Assembly (NCBI RefSeq): GCF_009914755.1
Contig: NC_060932.1
Reading direction: 5' to 3' (one strand)
DNA: 64,000 nucleotides
Origin: the human T2T-CHM13v2.0 reference genome, Homo sapiens
This document shows, piece by piece, positions 41,581 to 61,370 of this stretch (positions are counted from its first letter, which is position 1; every line of letters starts with the position of its first letter). A program made the position numbers and the translations under genes. The notes below the pieces were generated by a model that was not told where the DNA came from, searched no databases, and was given only the letters and a program-made list of their open reading frames with translations.

Positions 41581-42123
41581 CTAATGTCAAGATTTTAAAA
41601 TGTCAATATTTAAAATATATAATATACAAAATTTATAATACACAATAATTATAATAGACTACTTTGTTGATTCTAAGAAGGACATTAATAAAAAAGGATA
41701 AGTATGACACATTGCTTTTCTTATTTTGTTTTAAAAAATGCTACTTTTAAAAATACATATTTTGTTTTGGACGTAAGTATATATTATAACCAGAGAAGAA
41801 TATAATATTTTGCAGCTTTAGATGCCTTGTGACATCATTATAGTCTGTCCCTTCTTTACAATTCCAAAATACAAGAATTCTGAACACTAAATTTTTCATA
41901 AATTTAGTGTATGCTTATTGGGCAGCAGAATCTACCAGAAATGATGTGAAGTTAATTCGCTTAATGTGAATATATTTTTTACTGCAAATATATTCACTAT
42001 GTTTGATTAGAGAGTGCTGCCTCAGACCCTGATGGAATATTACATGCATGATGAAAGGCAGCAAGTTTTTTAAAAAAATGTCTGAAACATTTTTAACATA
42101 TGACCTCAAGGGTTTCAGGTAAG

Positions 42124-42688
<565 letters not shown>

Positions 42689-43277
42689 TCAGGTAAGGGT
42701 TTGTGAACCTGTAGTCATATATTTTATTTAATTTAGCTGTACAAAATTGACATGGTGTATTTTTAACCCATTTATTGCATTACTTACTTTGCAGTTGGCA
42801 GTCTGGTCTCTGTTGAGTTAACAAAATGGAATATAGTATAAAGCAAATAAGCACCACATTCATATAGCTGAGGCCCACAGAAGCAGAAAGAACTATGCTA
42901 ATAAGTAAAAATACCAGGATCTTTAAATGGAACTCGGCTAACACATGATAACTTTTTTTTTTGGTATTAAACTTATTTTGTCTAAAATATAATCAAATCC
43001 TAAAAGCTTGCATTATTATTAGACCCATTTCCATCTAGAAATAGCGACTGATTGATGAAATCACTAAACAAACTCCATGCTGGAAATCTTAATCATTTGA
43101 GTTATTTCTTAAACCCCTCTTTGCTTCAAATACCTTATATTCCCCAAGCCCTACAGTCCCTCCTTTGAATAATATAAATGGGACCTTTATGCCTTAAGTA
43201 AACAATGAAACATGCTTTGTCTTTTAGAAAAACATTCTGCAGAAATTTTCCAAAATAGAAATAGTATGTTTTCTTCA

Positions 43278-44122
<845 letters not shown>

Positions 44123-44628
44123 TTAAAGTATTATTTAAGCCAGCTTATTGGATTTATGCTTTTTCTTAGGTGTTTAAAAATCAATTCTAGTTCTTAATAA
44201 GAATTACTTAAGTTATGGAGTTGTATTTACTAAGATATCTAAAATTAAAATAACATCATCAGGATGCTGATCAAAAGTTGTAAATTTTAAGATCAGTGAA
44301 AACTGTGAACTACAAGGTTTTATATTTTCTTCTAGTCTGGCAGGAGGTTTGGTTATTATTTTATTACAATTCATTTCTAGTCTCAGAACTGTTGTGTTAA
44401 CTGAATAGTCACAGGACTAGGAAGAAGGGAAGATACTTTTTTCCCTCCTCTTTCTCTAGCCTAATATTCTGGCTAATTTTTAAGTGATTTTTATATTAAT
44501 CACATGCCTACTGCTGTGATTTTACTTTTCACTCAACTATATTGCCTCTAGCCCTACTTCAGAGCGATCACTCTATCCCCTTATCCTTACCATTTAATAA
44601 TCTCTCCCCAATATTTGGTCCTAATCTG

Positions 44629-44667
44629 TGGCAGTGCAAGAACCTTGGCAGTGCAAGAACCATGGCA
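44629..44667. repeat. 17-bp tandem duplication
   Basis: tggcagtgcaagaacc(t/a) twice, followed by tggca. Confidence 0.92.
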
Positions 44668-46847
44668 CTCAGAGGTACCAGGGTAGTTGGCAGTAGCAGC
44701 CACTGATTTAAAATAAAAAGCAATGGAGAAGCGGACCACAAACCAGCACCAAGTCAACCAACAGGCATAACCAAACTCCTCTTGACTGCTGTCCAATGCT
44801 CACTGTCCCCTGAACCCCATCTTGTCCTAAAACATACACTCTGAAAAAGGCATGTAAAGAGTCAGCTCTGGGAGTTCCAACAGTAGTGAAAAGAAGTAGT
44901 AGCATAACATCATCATTAAGGGAGATCTCACAACTGCTAGATATTTATGCTTAAAACAGTATCTTGTAGCATTATACACGTTCATATATATATGATCATT
45001 TCCCATGCTCAACAATTTTCTAAGGCAGGTAAATCAGCGGAAGAAAAGTAGAGAAACTGAGATACGCAGTGATTTCTCCAAGTATACATGACTAGGTGCA
45101 TATGGCACTGATGTTTTCAGAGTATAGTGGTTTAGAGTGTACTGGGGGTCCAGACTTTGAAGGTTGGAATCTTGATTTCACCATTTCTGAGCTATGTGAT
45201 CTTGAGTAAGTGATTTAATCTCCTTATACTGTACATGGGGATTTTCACTGGGTTGTGTCAGGACTAAATATATTAATATATGTAAAGCACTCTGGGACAG
45301 TGGTCAAGCTAAGTGTGTGCTTCTATTCACTTCCCAGGAAATAGCATTTTCTAATCTCTTGATTTAAGTAAAAAGAAAAGTCAACATTTTTGCTTCTGGA
45401 TTACACTGCTTGTCCAATCTTTAGATAAATAGCCAGGTAAGATTCTAAAAGAAGCAACTAGCCTGGGAGAAGCAACTGTCCTAGGAAGGCACTAAATATA
45501 GAAGGTAAAAAGGTAATCACTCACCAGTAACAAGCTCAGATGGCAAAAATCCACCTGCTCCCAGAATGTAAATGAGAAGCCTAGTTGCTTTCTGAGCTGG
45601 TCAGGCTGCACCCTCTCATTCCGCGTTAAGTAGTAATCTACCCATCCTTTAAAAACTATTGTTAACACTCTATTATCTGAAGGGAAGTCAAGAATTAGAT
45701 CCTCCTTGGCTTCGCTTATGTCCAATGAGTGATATACAAACATGATTTGTTATTATTAGGAATAAAATACTTTTTATAATAAAAATATTTACTTGGTGGT
45801 GTGAGGTATACATGGATTAATATGTACAATCCTCTTAGAAGTGCTTGATGTTAATTATTAGCATGTGCCCTCTTCCTTATTTTTACCCACCGACCCCTGA
45901 CAATCATGCCAGTCACACACTCAACCCTGCTTTCAGCTGCTTTCACTAAATTACCATAATACCTCTGGGACAACAATCTCAAGATGTAGTTCACTGTTCT
46001 AACTTCCACATTATCCAAGGTCTCATTAAGGGTTCATCTAGGGAAGAAGCCTGTGGGACATTTGAGATATCTGGAAGTGGCTAGGTGTCCTTGCTGTAAA
46101 CCCATCTGTGTCCTAGGGTAGAGCCCTCCCCCATTTCAGTGAGGTGTGAAGAGTCTTTGCAGAGGGCTTTAGGAATGGACTGTTGTGAGCTTTCCTTCTC
46201 ACTCCCTGTTCCCATCCAGCCCCTTGTGCTCCCATTACCAACCACATTTCTAAATTTTCATTTGGATTGCTTTATTTCTGACCTAGCTTAGCTAGCCATT
46301 AAGCTCTGTCTTATTTATATAATTATGAGGTTGATTTTTAAAAAGTATATAAGGGAAATATGAGTCTTAAATTTTTCTTAAAAAAATTTTTTTCTAGCTG
46401 TTTGTCCACGTTTCCATGTTTCAATTTTCAGAACAAATTAGTTTTTCTTAAGACATTCTCTGCAGAAAGACAACACTGCATACTCAAATTCTTTTATTTA
46501 TTTAAAGATTGTGTCATTCCAGATAAAGAACTTGTTTTTCTGGTAAGAAATAACTTACCTTAAATGAATTCCTTATGTCTCTTAAAGCAGGGAGGAGCCT
46601 GATCTCTAATATAATCTGTGAATGTAACATCCATTAGAACACAACATGGTTTGCTTTCCACTCTTTCATTTAAAGAGTTTTATATTAGACCTTGGCCGTA
46701 TATTTGGAGTGGAGGAAGAGAACTGTGATAGAGATATGGCCATGACCATCTAGCTTTCTCAATGGACAACTGGATTTGATACAAAAAGACCTCAACCCTG
46801 AGCCAACCCAAACCTGTAGTACACTGCGGGATAAAAACACAGAAAAG

Positions 46848-47218
<371 letters not shown>

Positions 47219-47418
47219 TTAGTAAATCCCATGTTTTATGCCTAAATGCTCAACAGGAAGGAATATAATTAAATGTTATGATATAAAACAATAGTGTACA
47301 CTATTAGGAAATTATTAAAATAAGATTTTAAAAGAATATTTAATAAAATCAGAATTTTAAAAGTATGTGTATATATATCTAGTATATGTTTATATCGGTA
47401 CATATATGTATATTATAG

Positions 47419-47853
<435 letters not shown>

Positions 47854-47968
47854 TAATGACCATATATTACTTCTAAAGTAGAAATTTAAATATATTTTAA
47901 TGGAAGAGGGTTATTAGCTTAAACATGTTTGAAAATTATAGAGAATAAATGTTTTTAAAAACATTCCA

Positions 47969-48338
<370 letters not shown>

Positions 48339-48372
48339 CTAATAAAATTCATTTTTCAAGAATTGCTAAACT

Positions 48373-48670
48373 GGCCAGGTCAGTGGCTCACACCTGTAAT
48401 CCCAATGCTTTGGGAGGCCAAGGCAGGAAGATCATTTGAGGCCAAGTGTTCTAGACCAGCCTGGGTAATGCAGTGAGACTCTGTCTCTACAAACATTTTT
48501 AAAAAAAAATTAGCCAGGCATATTGGTGTGTGCCTATAGTCCTAGCTACTCAAGAGGCTGAGGCAGGAGGATCACTTGAGCCTAGGAGTTTGAGGCTACT
48601 GTGTAGCCTGGGCAACAGAGTAAGATCCTGTCTCAAAAAAAACAAACAAAAACAAACAAACAAAAAAACA
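48373..48670 (+). mobile_element. AluJ
   Basis: gaggcaggaggatcacttgagcctaggagtttgagg; (CAAA)n tail. Confidence 0.92.
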
Positions 48671-48689
48671 AGACAATAAAAAACAAACA

Positions 48690-49495
<806 letters not shown>

Positions 49496-50035
49496 GAAGG
49501 GCATTCCTGGGAAAGAGGATGCCTGGCACAAAGGCTCAAGACAAGAAATAGCTTGGTGTATTGATGTAACTACTAGGATTTCAGGGTTGCTGGAAGGTTG
49601 TGTAAGGGGGTAAGCCATTGTTAAAATAGACTACATACCTTGTAGAGTATGCTAAGGCATAGGGCTTGTATTTTTGGTGAAGGGTATAACTTCTACAACT
49701 GGATTTGGGCAGAATAAGATAAGCAGGTAGACACTGAGATAAACAGAAAAGAAAATATTTGTTCAACGAGCACGAGTTGGCATATTGTCAAAGAATCCTA
49801 ACCTGTACAGGTAGGCTAGGACATCAAAGACAGGGAACAGTGACATCCTTTCGAATTTTCCAGAGACTGTGATTTACATACATAGGACAAGTAAGATCTA
49901 CATGTGATTCTGTGTAATTTCTGCATGTTTGCATTAGATTTACAGTTTCTCTTTCAATGTTCAGGTTAACACATTATTAAAGTCAGAGTAGTGACTGTAT
50001 AGACACTCAGAAATTCGATACTTTCCAAGTAATCA

Positions 50036-50416
<381 letters not shown>

Positions 50417-51619
50417 TTACTCCAGGTTTTGGCACTAAAATATATCTTCATAAGATGAAGCTAAGAAGCATAACACATTTCTATGTAAATGAATTACATA
50501 GAGTTTATAGGTCACCCTTCAATTTAAGAAATTTGTAGAACAAATAAAGCCCATTAGGATGGGTTGGCCATAGCTATAGGAGTGTCCCAGACAGAAATCT
50601 AAAATAGGAAGAAACTGGATCATGGTCACCAGGGAAAAGTTGGAACTAAAGAAGCTGAGGAGCTAGGGGAAGCAGCCATCAGAACTGTTCCCAGAAAGAC
50701 AAGTTATAGTAATGGAGACTTCTTGCTACGTGCTGCCTTTACACCAAGTTTCCTTGGCAGTCCTGAGTGCTCTGCCTTGGTCTATAGCATCTGAATGGAA
50801 TAACCAGAGGGCCATACTGGAAGGAAAGAATGCATATCTAAAGGAATGAATAAGTAGGGGACTGACGAGAGAGTGTAAGACAATGAATCAGTTCCAATGG
50901 GCTATACCACTTCTCTAAGAATATTTAACTAACTGGACTCATGTAACTTGTGGCCGTGACATGTATGTCTAAACTTAGCTCAAGCGTGGCTTTGTCCACC
51001 TTGTGTCCCAATTCTGGTAACTAGGCTTCTATTGAAAGCCAAAACTCTACTGTCCACTTTTACTTAATTCAGATTTAAAAATAGGCCTGCTTTGTTCCAT
51101 GTGTCAGTGTCAAATGTATTGGTTTTCCTAATAGTTCAGCCTATCTAGAACTTTCTTGGCTTTTGCTAGTCCTACTCTTATGGAATGGAATTCTGACTCT
51201 GAGTAATGAATAATTAAATGTAAATGCTTCTGCTAAAGTGGTTTCATTGGCTGTTAACTAGATGCCAAATAATAATAAAGGTATTAAGTATTATGCATAC
51301 CAGCAGTGAATTCAAGTTCAAAGTTCTGGCTTGAACCTTTTGGAAAAAAAATAATTTTACTGTGCCCGAGGAATGATGGTCATTTAGAAACCACATAATA
51401 TTATTAGACTAAACTGAGCCAACTATTTCAAGGGGGGTGGGGAAAACGAAAAATTCTTTACTTATCATCACCTTTGTATCCATGATACAAGTAAATGTTA
51501 TTATAGTGATAAGGAAATGATTAATAAATCCAATCAGAACTCCTAAGAAACAATAATATAATGAAAGATTAGAAAGACTTACAAATATTAAATAAATCAA
51601 TGAATTGTAGGTTAACATG

Positions 51620-52375
51620 TCAACACAAGCTGATATTAGAAAGACCCCTTCCTCCCAATACAAACACATGGATCAAATATAATAATGGAAGATTTGGTTG
51701 TAATGTCAAGCTTGAAATTGACAGGAAAATCTCCAAACTAAATTCCCTGCATACAACCAGGAGTCGTAAGGGGCTGATCATCCCATGAAATGAAAGAAGC
51801 TCAGCCACTGACCCTGCCTAGGAAACTGTAAGGAAGCTTTGCCCTCTGTCTAAAATATTAGGTGGAAAAGAAGTCACCCACTGGAAGCCAGCACCTCCGC
51901 CTGCAGGTAACTGTGGAATGATCCTAAACTGAGATGTTTGCATTGTAACTGGTCCAGGTATGGCAAAATCCATCAGCCTAGGCAGAGGCAAATGTGAAAC
52001 TACACTGTGGTTCAGATTCCATATCCTGAGTACATAACAAGAATGCCCAAATCAACCCCCTGCTGGAGAAGAATTTACAGTTGGAGATTATAATCTGTTT
52101 AAGGAAATAAGTGAATCACTGTAAGAAAGTATTAGCCAGACACAACAAATAGGAGAATTTGTAAGCCAAGGAAGAGAAAAAAGGATATAGTTTAGTTGTA
52201 AAGATACTTTGAAATAAGTATTTGTAAGGAAGGAAGGAATACAATGACAATGAAAGAACAAGGCTGTATTGTAAGTCAGAGCAGGCAGATTTGTACAGGA
52301 GCCAAACAGAATCCTCCTGCAAATAAAATATATACTCATGAGAAAAAAAAAACACTTCAATGGATAGAGTTCAAA
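51620..52375 (+). mobile_element. Old L1M 5' UTR/ORF1-like fragment
   Basis: gcagaggcaaatgtgaaac...; A-rich segment aaagaacaagg...aacacttcaatggatagag resembles the ORF1 coiled coil. Confidence 0.45.
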
Positions 52376-53496
52376 TCTCTTTTCTTTCATTAGTTTATCT
52401 ACAACTCTGGTGGTCTTTTGTTACTTAACTCTGGAGATTAACTCTTACATACATGTTTTTTTAAACAGGAAAGACTAATTTCCCCTGCCACCCTGGAATT
52501 GCATATGGAAGACTAGATATGCTTTACATCCTTTTTTGGAAATTGATTGCAAACTCTAGTTTTGAGCTCTGGATGCCACACTAAATTTCTAGCATACTTA
52601 ACATGAGTTTTCATTGATTTCTATTAAATTAACATAAAAATACACACAAGCACATTTCTTGGCACTCTCCCAAAAGGACACCCTTTTCAAATATCCTAGT
52701 TATAGTAAAGTAACAGGTAATTATTAGTTAATCAAATCATTATTTTAACTGTGTCATGACTGGTACATATTCTAAAACAAAATTTTAAAAATAACAATTT
52801 ACATTTATAATTAAAACTATGATTTCTGGTACTTATAAAATCTGTTTTTAGTCGCAGAACAAGGAAAAAATATGGATATTCTAGTAATACTATGCAACTG
52901 ATAATATCACTATTACATAAATGAAAATTATCTTATTTTAAAAATAGTTTTGCAATTTAAATACCTTAAAATGCCAAGTTAATAATTATTCTCCTACCAT
53001 AGAAGCATATCAAGAATAAATTATATAATGGTGGAAATTCATGTTTTCTTTCCAAATAACCTTGTATTTGGTATATTTGGCATTACAGTTCTTTTTCAAT
53101 TCTATAGAGAATAAATGCAAAATTGTAGTGGATGTTCAACAGGAATGAGAGTCTTCCAATAAGTCACTGTTACTTGTTAAGTACCTCTTGTGACTGATAT
53201 CCAAATCAAGAAGCCATGTAACAATGAATATACATACTATACATATGCAAGAACTGCTAGGTCATACAAACTTTTATTGACTGGGGAGACTAGTCTTTTA
53301 AAATTAAAAGAGAATAAAGGGCAAAACAACAAAAATACACTTAAATGGAAAAAAATAATATTAGTGTCTTTATAAAAAGCATCCTACTCAGTGGCATAAA
53401 TTTAAATTCTGAACGCTCTGGGGGGAAATGTAGGAAATGGGTCCCTTTCCAAATATAATTTTGCATCTTAAAATTCAAAGGACCCATCAGCACTGA

Positions 53497-53881
<385 letters not shown>

Positions 53882-54044
53882 TAAAAGATAAAACGGATTA
53901 AGGGAAGGTAATGTATTTGCAAAATACTGATTGGATAGGTTTATACAGCACCAACCATACAGCAATATTTAAATCAAACTCTGATAAAAAAATGAAAATA
54001 ATTTTCCAATGGTGAATATTCTTAATAACTTTGCTAATAAAGGC

Positions 54045-54566
54045 TGAGAGACTGAATATGCAAATGGACAATGGCCAGAACATATATAAAAATCAAACTT
54101 TGACCAACAACCTTTAGCAACCTGTCCAGGGAAGCAACCCTCTTATCTACAATAAACAGTCAAGAAAGCCAGTCTGATGTAAGTCAGAATTGCAGGAAGC
54201 CAGGTTGCTATCTCTAGTGAAAATCCAGGAAGCTAAACAAAACAATCAGTCCCAAATCGTTAGGACTTGATTAATAACTGACAGCTTCCCTAATTGTTGT
54301 CCCCACTTCCAACTTAGAACCAACTAGATAAAGCCAAATATGTACCCTAATCAATCACATACATGCTCTGCTTCTGGTTTGCCTGTATCCAGTACCCCCA
54401 TGCCAACTGCCTCTGATCAGGGCATCCCAGAAGCTTTTCCACTCTTTTGCCTGCTTTTGAGTGTCCGCCAAAATGCCAGTGAAAACGGCCGACTCCCTTG
54501 CTATAGCAAGCTCAGAATAAATAGCCTTTGCTTTTCTCATTTTATTGGTCATCATTTATTTTCACA
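54045..54566 (+). mobile_element. MER21-like (ERVL-class) solo LTR
   Basis: TG...CA ends, AATAAA near the 3' end, gacagcttccctaatt motif; 5-bp flanks aaggc/aatgc. Confidence 0.78.
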
Positions 54567-54795
54567 AATGCATGTAAACAGAAGGTATTACTAAAGTTAG
54601 TATTTCATAAAAAGTTAATCATTTAGCTCTTATCATGAATCACACACTGTATTAAATGTTTTTGCACGAGTTATCTAATTTAATTTCATAATAAATATAA
54701 AAATTATTACTGAAATTGATATTACTATATTCATTTTACAGATGAGGGTACTGAGGCAGAGAAATATTGAATAATTTGTTTAATACTGAGATAAG

Positions 54796-54945
54796 GGCCA
54801 GTGCAGTGGCTCACATCTGTTGTAATCCCAGGCCTTTGGGAGGCCGAGGCAGGAGGACTGCTTGAGTCTAGGAATTTGAGACCAGCCTGGACAACATAGC
54901 AAGACCCTATCTCTACAGAAAAATAAATTAAATAAATAAAATTAT
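54796..54945 (+). mobile_element. FLAM_C-like Alu monomer
   Basis: ggccagtgcagtggctcac...gaccctatctctac; flanks aatactgag. Confidence 0.88.
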
Positions 54946-55487
54946 AGAAAAAATACTGAGGTTATAAGCAGTAAATCAAGGGTTAAAATCAAGACAATCT
55001 GATTCCAAAGGGGATAGCTCTTAACTACTATAGTAAATTGGACTTGAAATATGGAGATAGCTGCATATTTTAATTGCTATCAGAAGAAAATAAAAAACAC
55101 AAAATTAACATTTTATTGTATTTCAACCTCACATGTGGTCACAAAGTACTATATAATAGAAGAGAAAAAAATTGAATTCATTTATATCAACCTCTTTCTT
55201 TTATAAATAACCTAAGTGACACTGAGAGGAATGAAGTACTTTGATCAATATTACATATTTATTTAACAGACAACATGAGATTATAGCCCAGATCTTCTGA
55301 CTGACAGCCCAGATATCCAGCAGGCTTCATAGGGGTACAGAATATTTGCCTGGTGAGGTATATAATTCTTCAAAAAAGTTTATGCAAGCGTGTAATGCTA
55401 GCACATTCCAAACATATTACATAACATGGGTTAACACTTATCTTTTATGGAGATAATGAGTTAAATGCTATTTGAGAGGCCACTGAA

Positions 55488-55820
55488 ATTCAACGAGTAT
55501 TTATTGAGTGCTCAGTCATGTTCGGTATTGTTCTAGATACTTAAGTTTCATCAGTGAATGAAATGAAAAATACCTGATCATATTTGTTTACATTCTAGTG
55601 GGTGGAAACAAACATTACACAATAGGTACAAGAAGTGGGCAAATTCTACGTTAGACACTGATAAGTGCTACGATAAAAAGAAAGTAGAGCAGAGTGAGCT
55701 TGGGAGTGCCATTTTGGCGCCTGGCGGGCAGGTCAGTCTCATTGAGGAGGTGAGGTAGTAAGCTATGCATATAGGAAGGGAAAGTGTCCCAGGCAGAAGG
55801 AACAGCCAATGCAAAATTCT
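55488..55820 (-). mobile_element. L2 fragment
   Basis: attcaacgagtatttattgagtgc...ccaggcagaaggaacagccaatgcaaa. Confidence 0.75.
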
Positions 55821-56029
55821 GAGCAAGTTCTCTTCCTTAGAATATCAGGTTGAAAATCGTCGACAAAGTGGTTCAATGCTCTAATCTGTTTTGCCCAATT
55901 CAATCAATTGTGCAGAAATTGCAGGTGACTTTTATATTAATGATTTGAATCATGGGACTGAGGTCCCTTCACTACATTTTCAATTTATTTGGTAGTGGTG
56001 GGAGTTGGAAGGAAGAGCATCAAAAGGGG

Positions 56030-56108
56030 AAGAGGTGGTGCCTGGGCATCGATGTTTTTAAAAGCTCCTTGGGTGATTCTAATATGCAGCCATGGTTCAG
56101 AGCCACTA
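56030..56108. mobile_element. MER5A-like fragment
   Basis: tttttaaaagctccttgggtgattctaatatgcagccatggttcagagccact. Confidence 0.75.
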
Positions 56109-56899
56109 TTCTGGTACAGGTGGGAAAGAGAAGGGTGTTTTTTTTGTTGTTGTTGTTCGTTTGTTTGTTTTTCATTCCTGTTCTTAGTAGTCTGCTCAAT
56201 ATGCTCATCAGGCTTGCTGCTCGAGTTGTCACCATCTGGAACTCCAAAACTACAAATCCCCTTCACAGAAATCCTGGGACCTCCCGTCAACCCCACTGGA
56301 GGTGAAACACAGGAGAGGTCATATTTCTTCTTTATGGCTCCATTTGTGAGTTCCCCATAACACCAACAAACAAGACTGTGTATGGGTGTGAGACGACTGA
56401 AAAAGTTGTTAGAGAATGAGAATGTAAGAGGAACGGAGAGAAGAGGGTAGCAACATGGTTGGCATAAAGTGCCTAGCAAAAAGTTTTAAGAACAAGTTTC
56501 TCTAATATTCAATTTTAAATCTGGCACTGTGGTGACAGAAAATATCTCACGTCCTCAAATCTTCAGTAAAGTCGTTTCATTTACATGTGTTTGGCAAACA
56601 GTAAGTGTCTGTTAGATGAAAGAACAAATGAACTCAAGGGGGCGAATGCAAAAAACAACAGGCCCCCAACCCAACCCTTTCCAATGCCTCCAGTGTTTTT
56701 CCCAGAGGCAACCACATTTACCTCATTGTTTTTAGTTACCCCATCTGTAAACAATCTGCTCATGCTGTGAATTTTTGATGTCTCAATCTTAGATGTTGCA
56801 TACTCACTTCCTGCCAAGATAGATGAAGATTTAACTACATTAAACCACCACAAATTTTCCCTACTCATAACAGCTAATAAATTATATCACTAGTCAGCA

Positions 56900-58670
<1,771 letters not shown>

Positions 58671-59478
58671 AATCTTGTAGTAATGCAAATTGAGCCTACC
58701 AACTGACCTTACAGACTATGAGACAGAGAAATAAATCTCTCATGACTCATGTTTATTCTTTCCACTTAGTTAAAAGGTTTACCCAATATCAGCCCAGCTG
58801 GGTTTAGTGGGTGAGTGCTACCTATGACTGTGAGTATTCATTCCTACTACAAGTCAAGATTCATTCTCAGTGCTGTGTATATAACAGTGAACAAAGAAAA
58901 AAATTCCTGACTTCTTGAACTGACTTTGTAGTAGAGGGACACAGACAATAAAAAATTAAAATGTTGCATGTCCAGTATAATTCTGGAGTCAGCAGCTGTA
59001 GCTGCAGTTTTCTGATTTTGTAGGCAGCTTTTTGTTCAGAGACAGGCAGCAGCTTCTTTGGTGGCTTGCTCTTATAGTGTGACTCTAGGAATTTTTCTCA
59101 GAGTTCTATGTTTCTTCAGCCCTCCTATGATTCAGCAGAATATGTAATACTTGTTGAGAAATTCTTTTTATCTTTAAATTATAGAGCACATAGAATGATT
59201 TCTATGAATTCTATTCTCTGTAACTGAACCTGACTGCTACAATAGTCACAAAAATAAATTGTACTTTTCAGCAAGAAGCCTCCTTGGTATTTTTCTTTCT
59301 GTCCTCTGAGACCAAACTCTAGGGGCAAAGCTCATTTAAGTTCCCAGCACAGCCCCTACCTCAATTTTGTATGTACTCAGGGAAGCATTCCTACTATTTG
59401 CCATCTAGACAGATAATTTAACTGATGAGAATTCCAAGCTGACAGCTAAACGGAATACTGTACCAAAAAGTATCAATG

Positions 59479-59760
<282 letters not shown>

Positions 59761-60122
59761 TTATAAATCTGAAAGGCATATGAGCTTCCCAGAGCTTCAG
59801 GTTAATAAAGGAGAAATATATGAATGTAACCAGGTTAAGCCTAAAATTTGATATACCCACTTTACCATTTGATCTGCAAATACTGCAAGAACACTCAAAA
59901 TGAAAATGAAGACCTCAAGCAAAAATTTATGTATGCTACTTATAAACATTCTGAAAGTGTCAGATACTATGTTTACTAGAACCCCCTGAGTCTTACATTG
60001 TCAAATTATGGCCTTTTACAACAGGGCCAATGACAGATTTGCGAATTTATGAAATACAACAGTTTATCCTGAATAGTTTACATTAGAATTATTTATTTGC
60101 TTTTGAAAAATGCATAAACATA

Positions 60123-60494
60123 CTATTTTAGTCACCTCAGGCTGCCATAACAAAATACCCTAAACCGTGCGGCTTAAACAACAGGAATCTATTTTCTCAC
60201 AGTTCTCGAGGCTGGGAAATCCAAGATCAAGGATTGGTTGATTGCCCCCCAGTTTGCCTCCTGGTGAATACTCTGTTCCCATTTTGTCGATTTCTTGGAG
60301 AGTGAGAGAGAGTGAGCTCTGGTGTTTCTTCATCTTCCTATATGGTACCAACCCTATCAGATTAGGACCCCACACTTATAGCCTCATTTAACCTTAATTA
60401 TTGCCTTATAGGTCCCATCTGCAATACAGTCAACACTGGGGACTAGGGCGTCAACATCAGAATTTTGAGGTAGACACAGTTTAGTGCACAGCAC
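60123..60494 (-). mobile_element. MLT1A-like MaLR solo LTR
   Basis: ggctgccataacaaaatacc...ttctcacagttctcgaggctgggaaatccaagatcaagg...cctcatttaaccttaatta. Confidence 0.88.
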
Positions 60495-61370
60495 ATACTT
60501 CCAGAATTTTGCTTTTAGAAAATGTAAAAATATTTTACAATATTGATAATTGTAAAAACCTTTATTTAGTGATTAACATGAGCCAGGCACTATGATGTTT
60601 TATAAATGTTTTCTTATTTAATCTTTACAACCAATGAGATAAATTCAATTATCCTCATTTTACAGATGAGGAATTGATGCTCAGAGGTGCTAAGTAACTT
60701 AACCAAGATCACATGGCTAGTACAGTAAAGATTCCAACACAGACAATTCTCTTAGCTACTATGTTATAATTTAATGTATAAAATGCTGGTACATTATATA
60801 TCAGTAAGAAGTGTTGTTCAGTAAGGATTTTACAACAGGTGACACTGGAGACTGAGAAGGTACCATGAACTGGCACGGTTACGTGTGTGAGATAAGCCCT
60901 ACTGTAAATATACTACTGTGGGCACTGAAAGGAGGACTGAGTTCCTATCATGTAGGTATTGGGAGTTTTAGCTTATATACCAATTTGCACTCTCACCAAC
61001 AGGATCTGAGTTGTTTCTCTACAATCTCACCAACTCTGGGTTTTATATTTAAATAAGACCCCACCTACAACTTCAAAATAAAAATATGAAAATATTGATA
61101 TAACCCATTTGCTGTAAGAATAATCCTCTATGCAGTCATTGTGGCCTGCTTTAATCACAAGTCATCATGAAGTGCAAACCACGACAACAAGTTCACAAGG
61201 TTAAATGCAAAGCTAAGATTAAGGCTAAAATTTGATATGCCTGCTTTATTATTTAACCTGAAAATACTGCAACAACACTCAAAATGAAAACAAAGACATA
61301 AAAGAACAATTTATACAAAGATCTTGTAAACATTCTGTAAGTGTCAGATATTATTTAAATTATCTGGATT

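Noticed and set aside
52053-52067. CTCF-like CCAGCAGGGGGTTG on the minus strand
   Set aside because: Poor 3' half and located in LINE-derived sequence; too weak to call.
55952-56868. Overlapping 75-164 aa ORFs on both strands
   Set aside because: They overlap a MER5 fragment and a low-complexity GTT tract, show no recognisable domain or consistent splice structure, and several start at non-ATG codons.
59830-59875. [10 protein letters not shown] resembling the kinase VKIxDFGL motif
   Set aside because: No DFG, HRD or other kinase motifs nearby.
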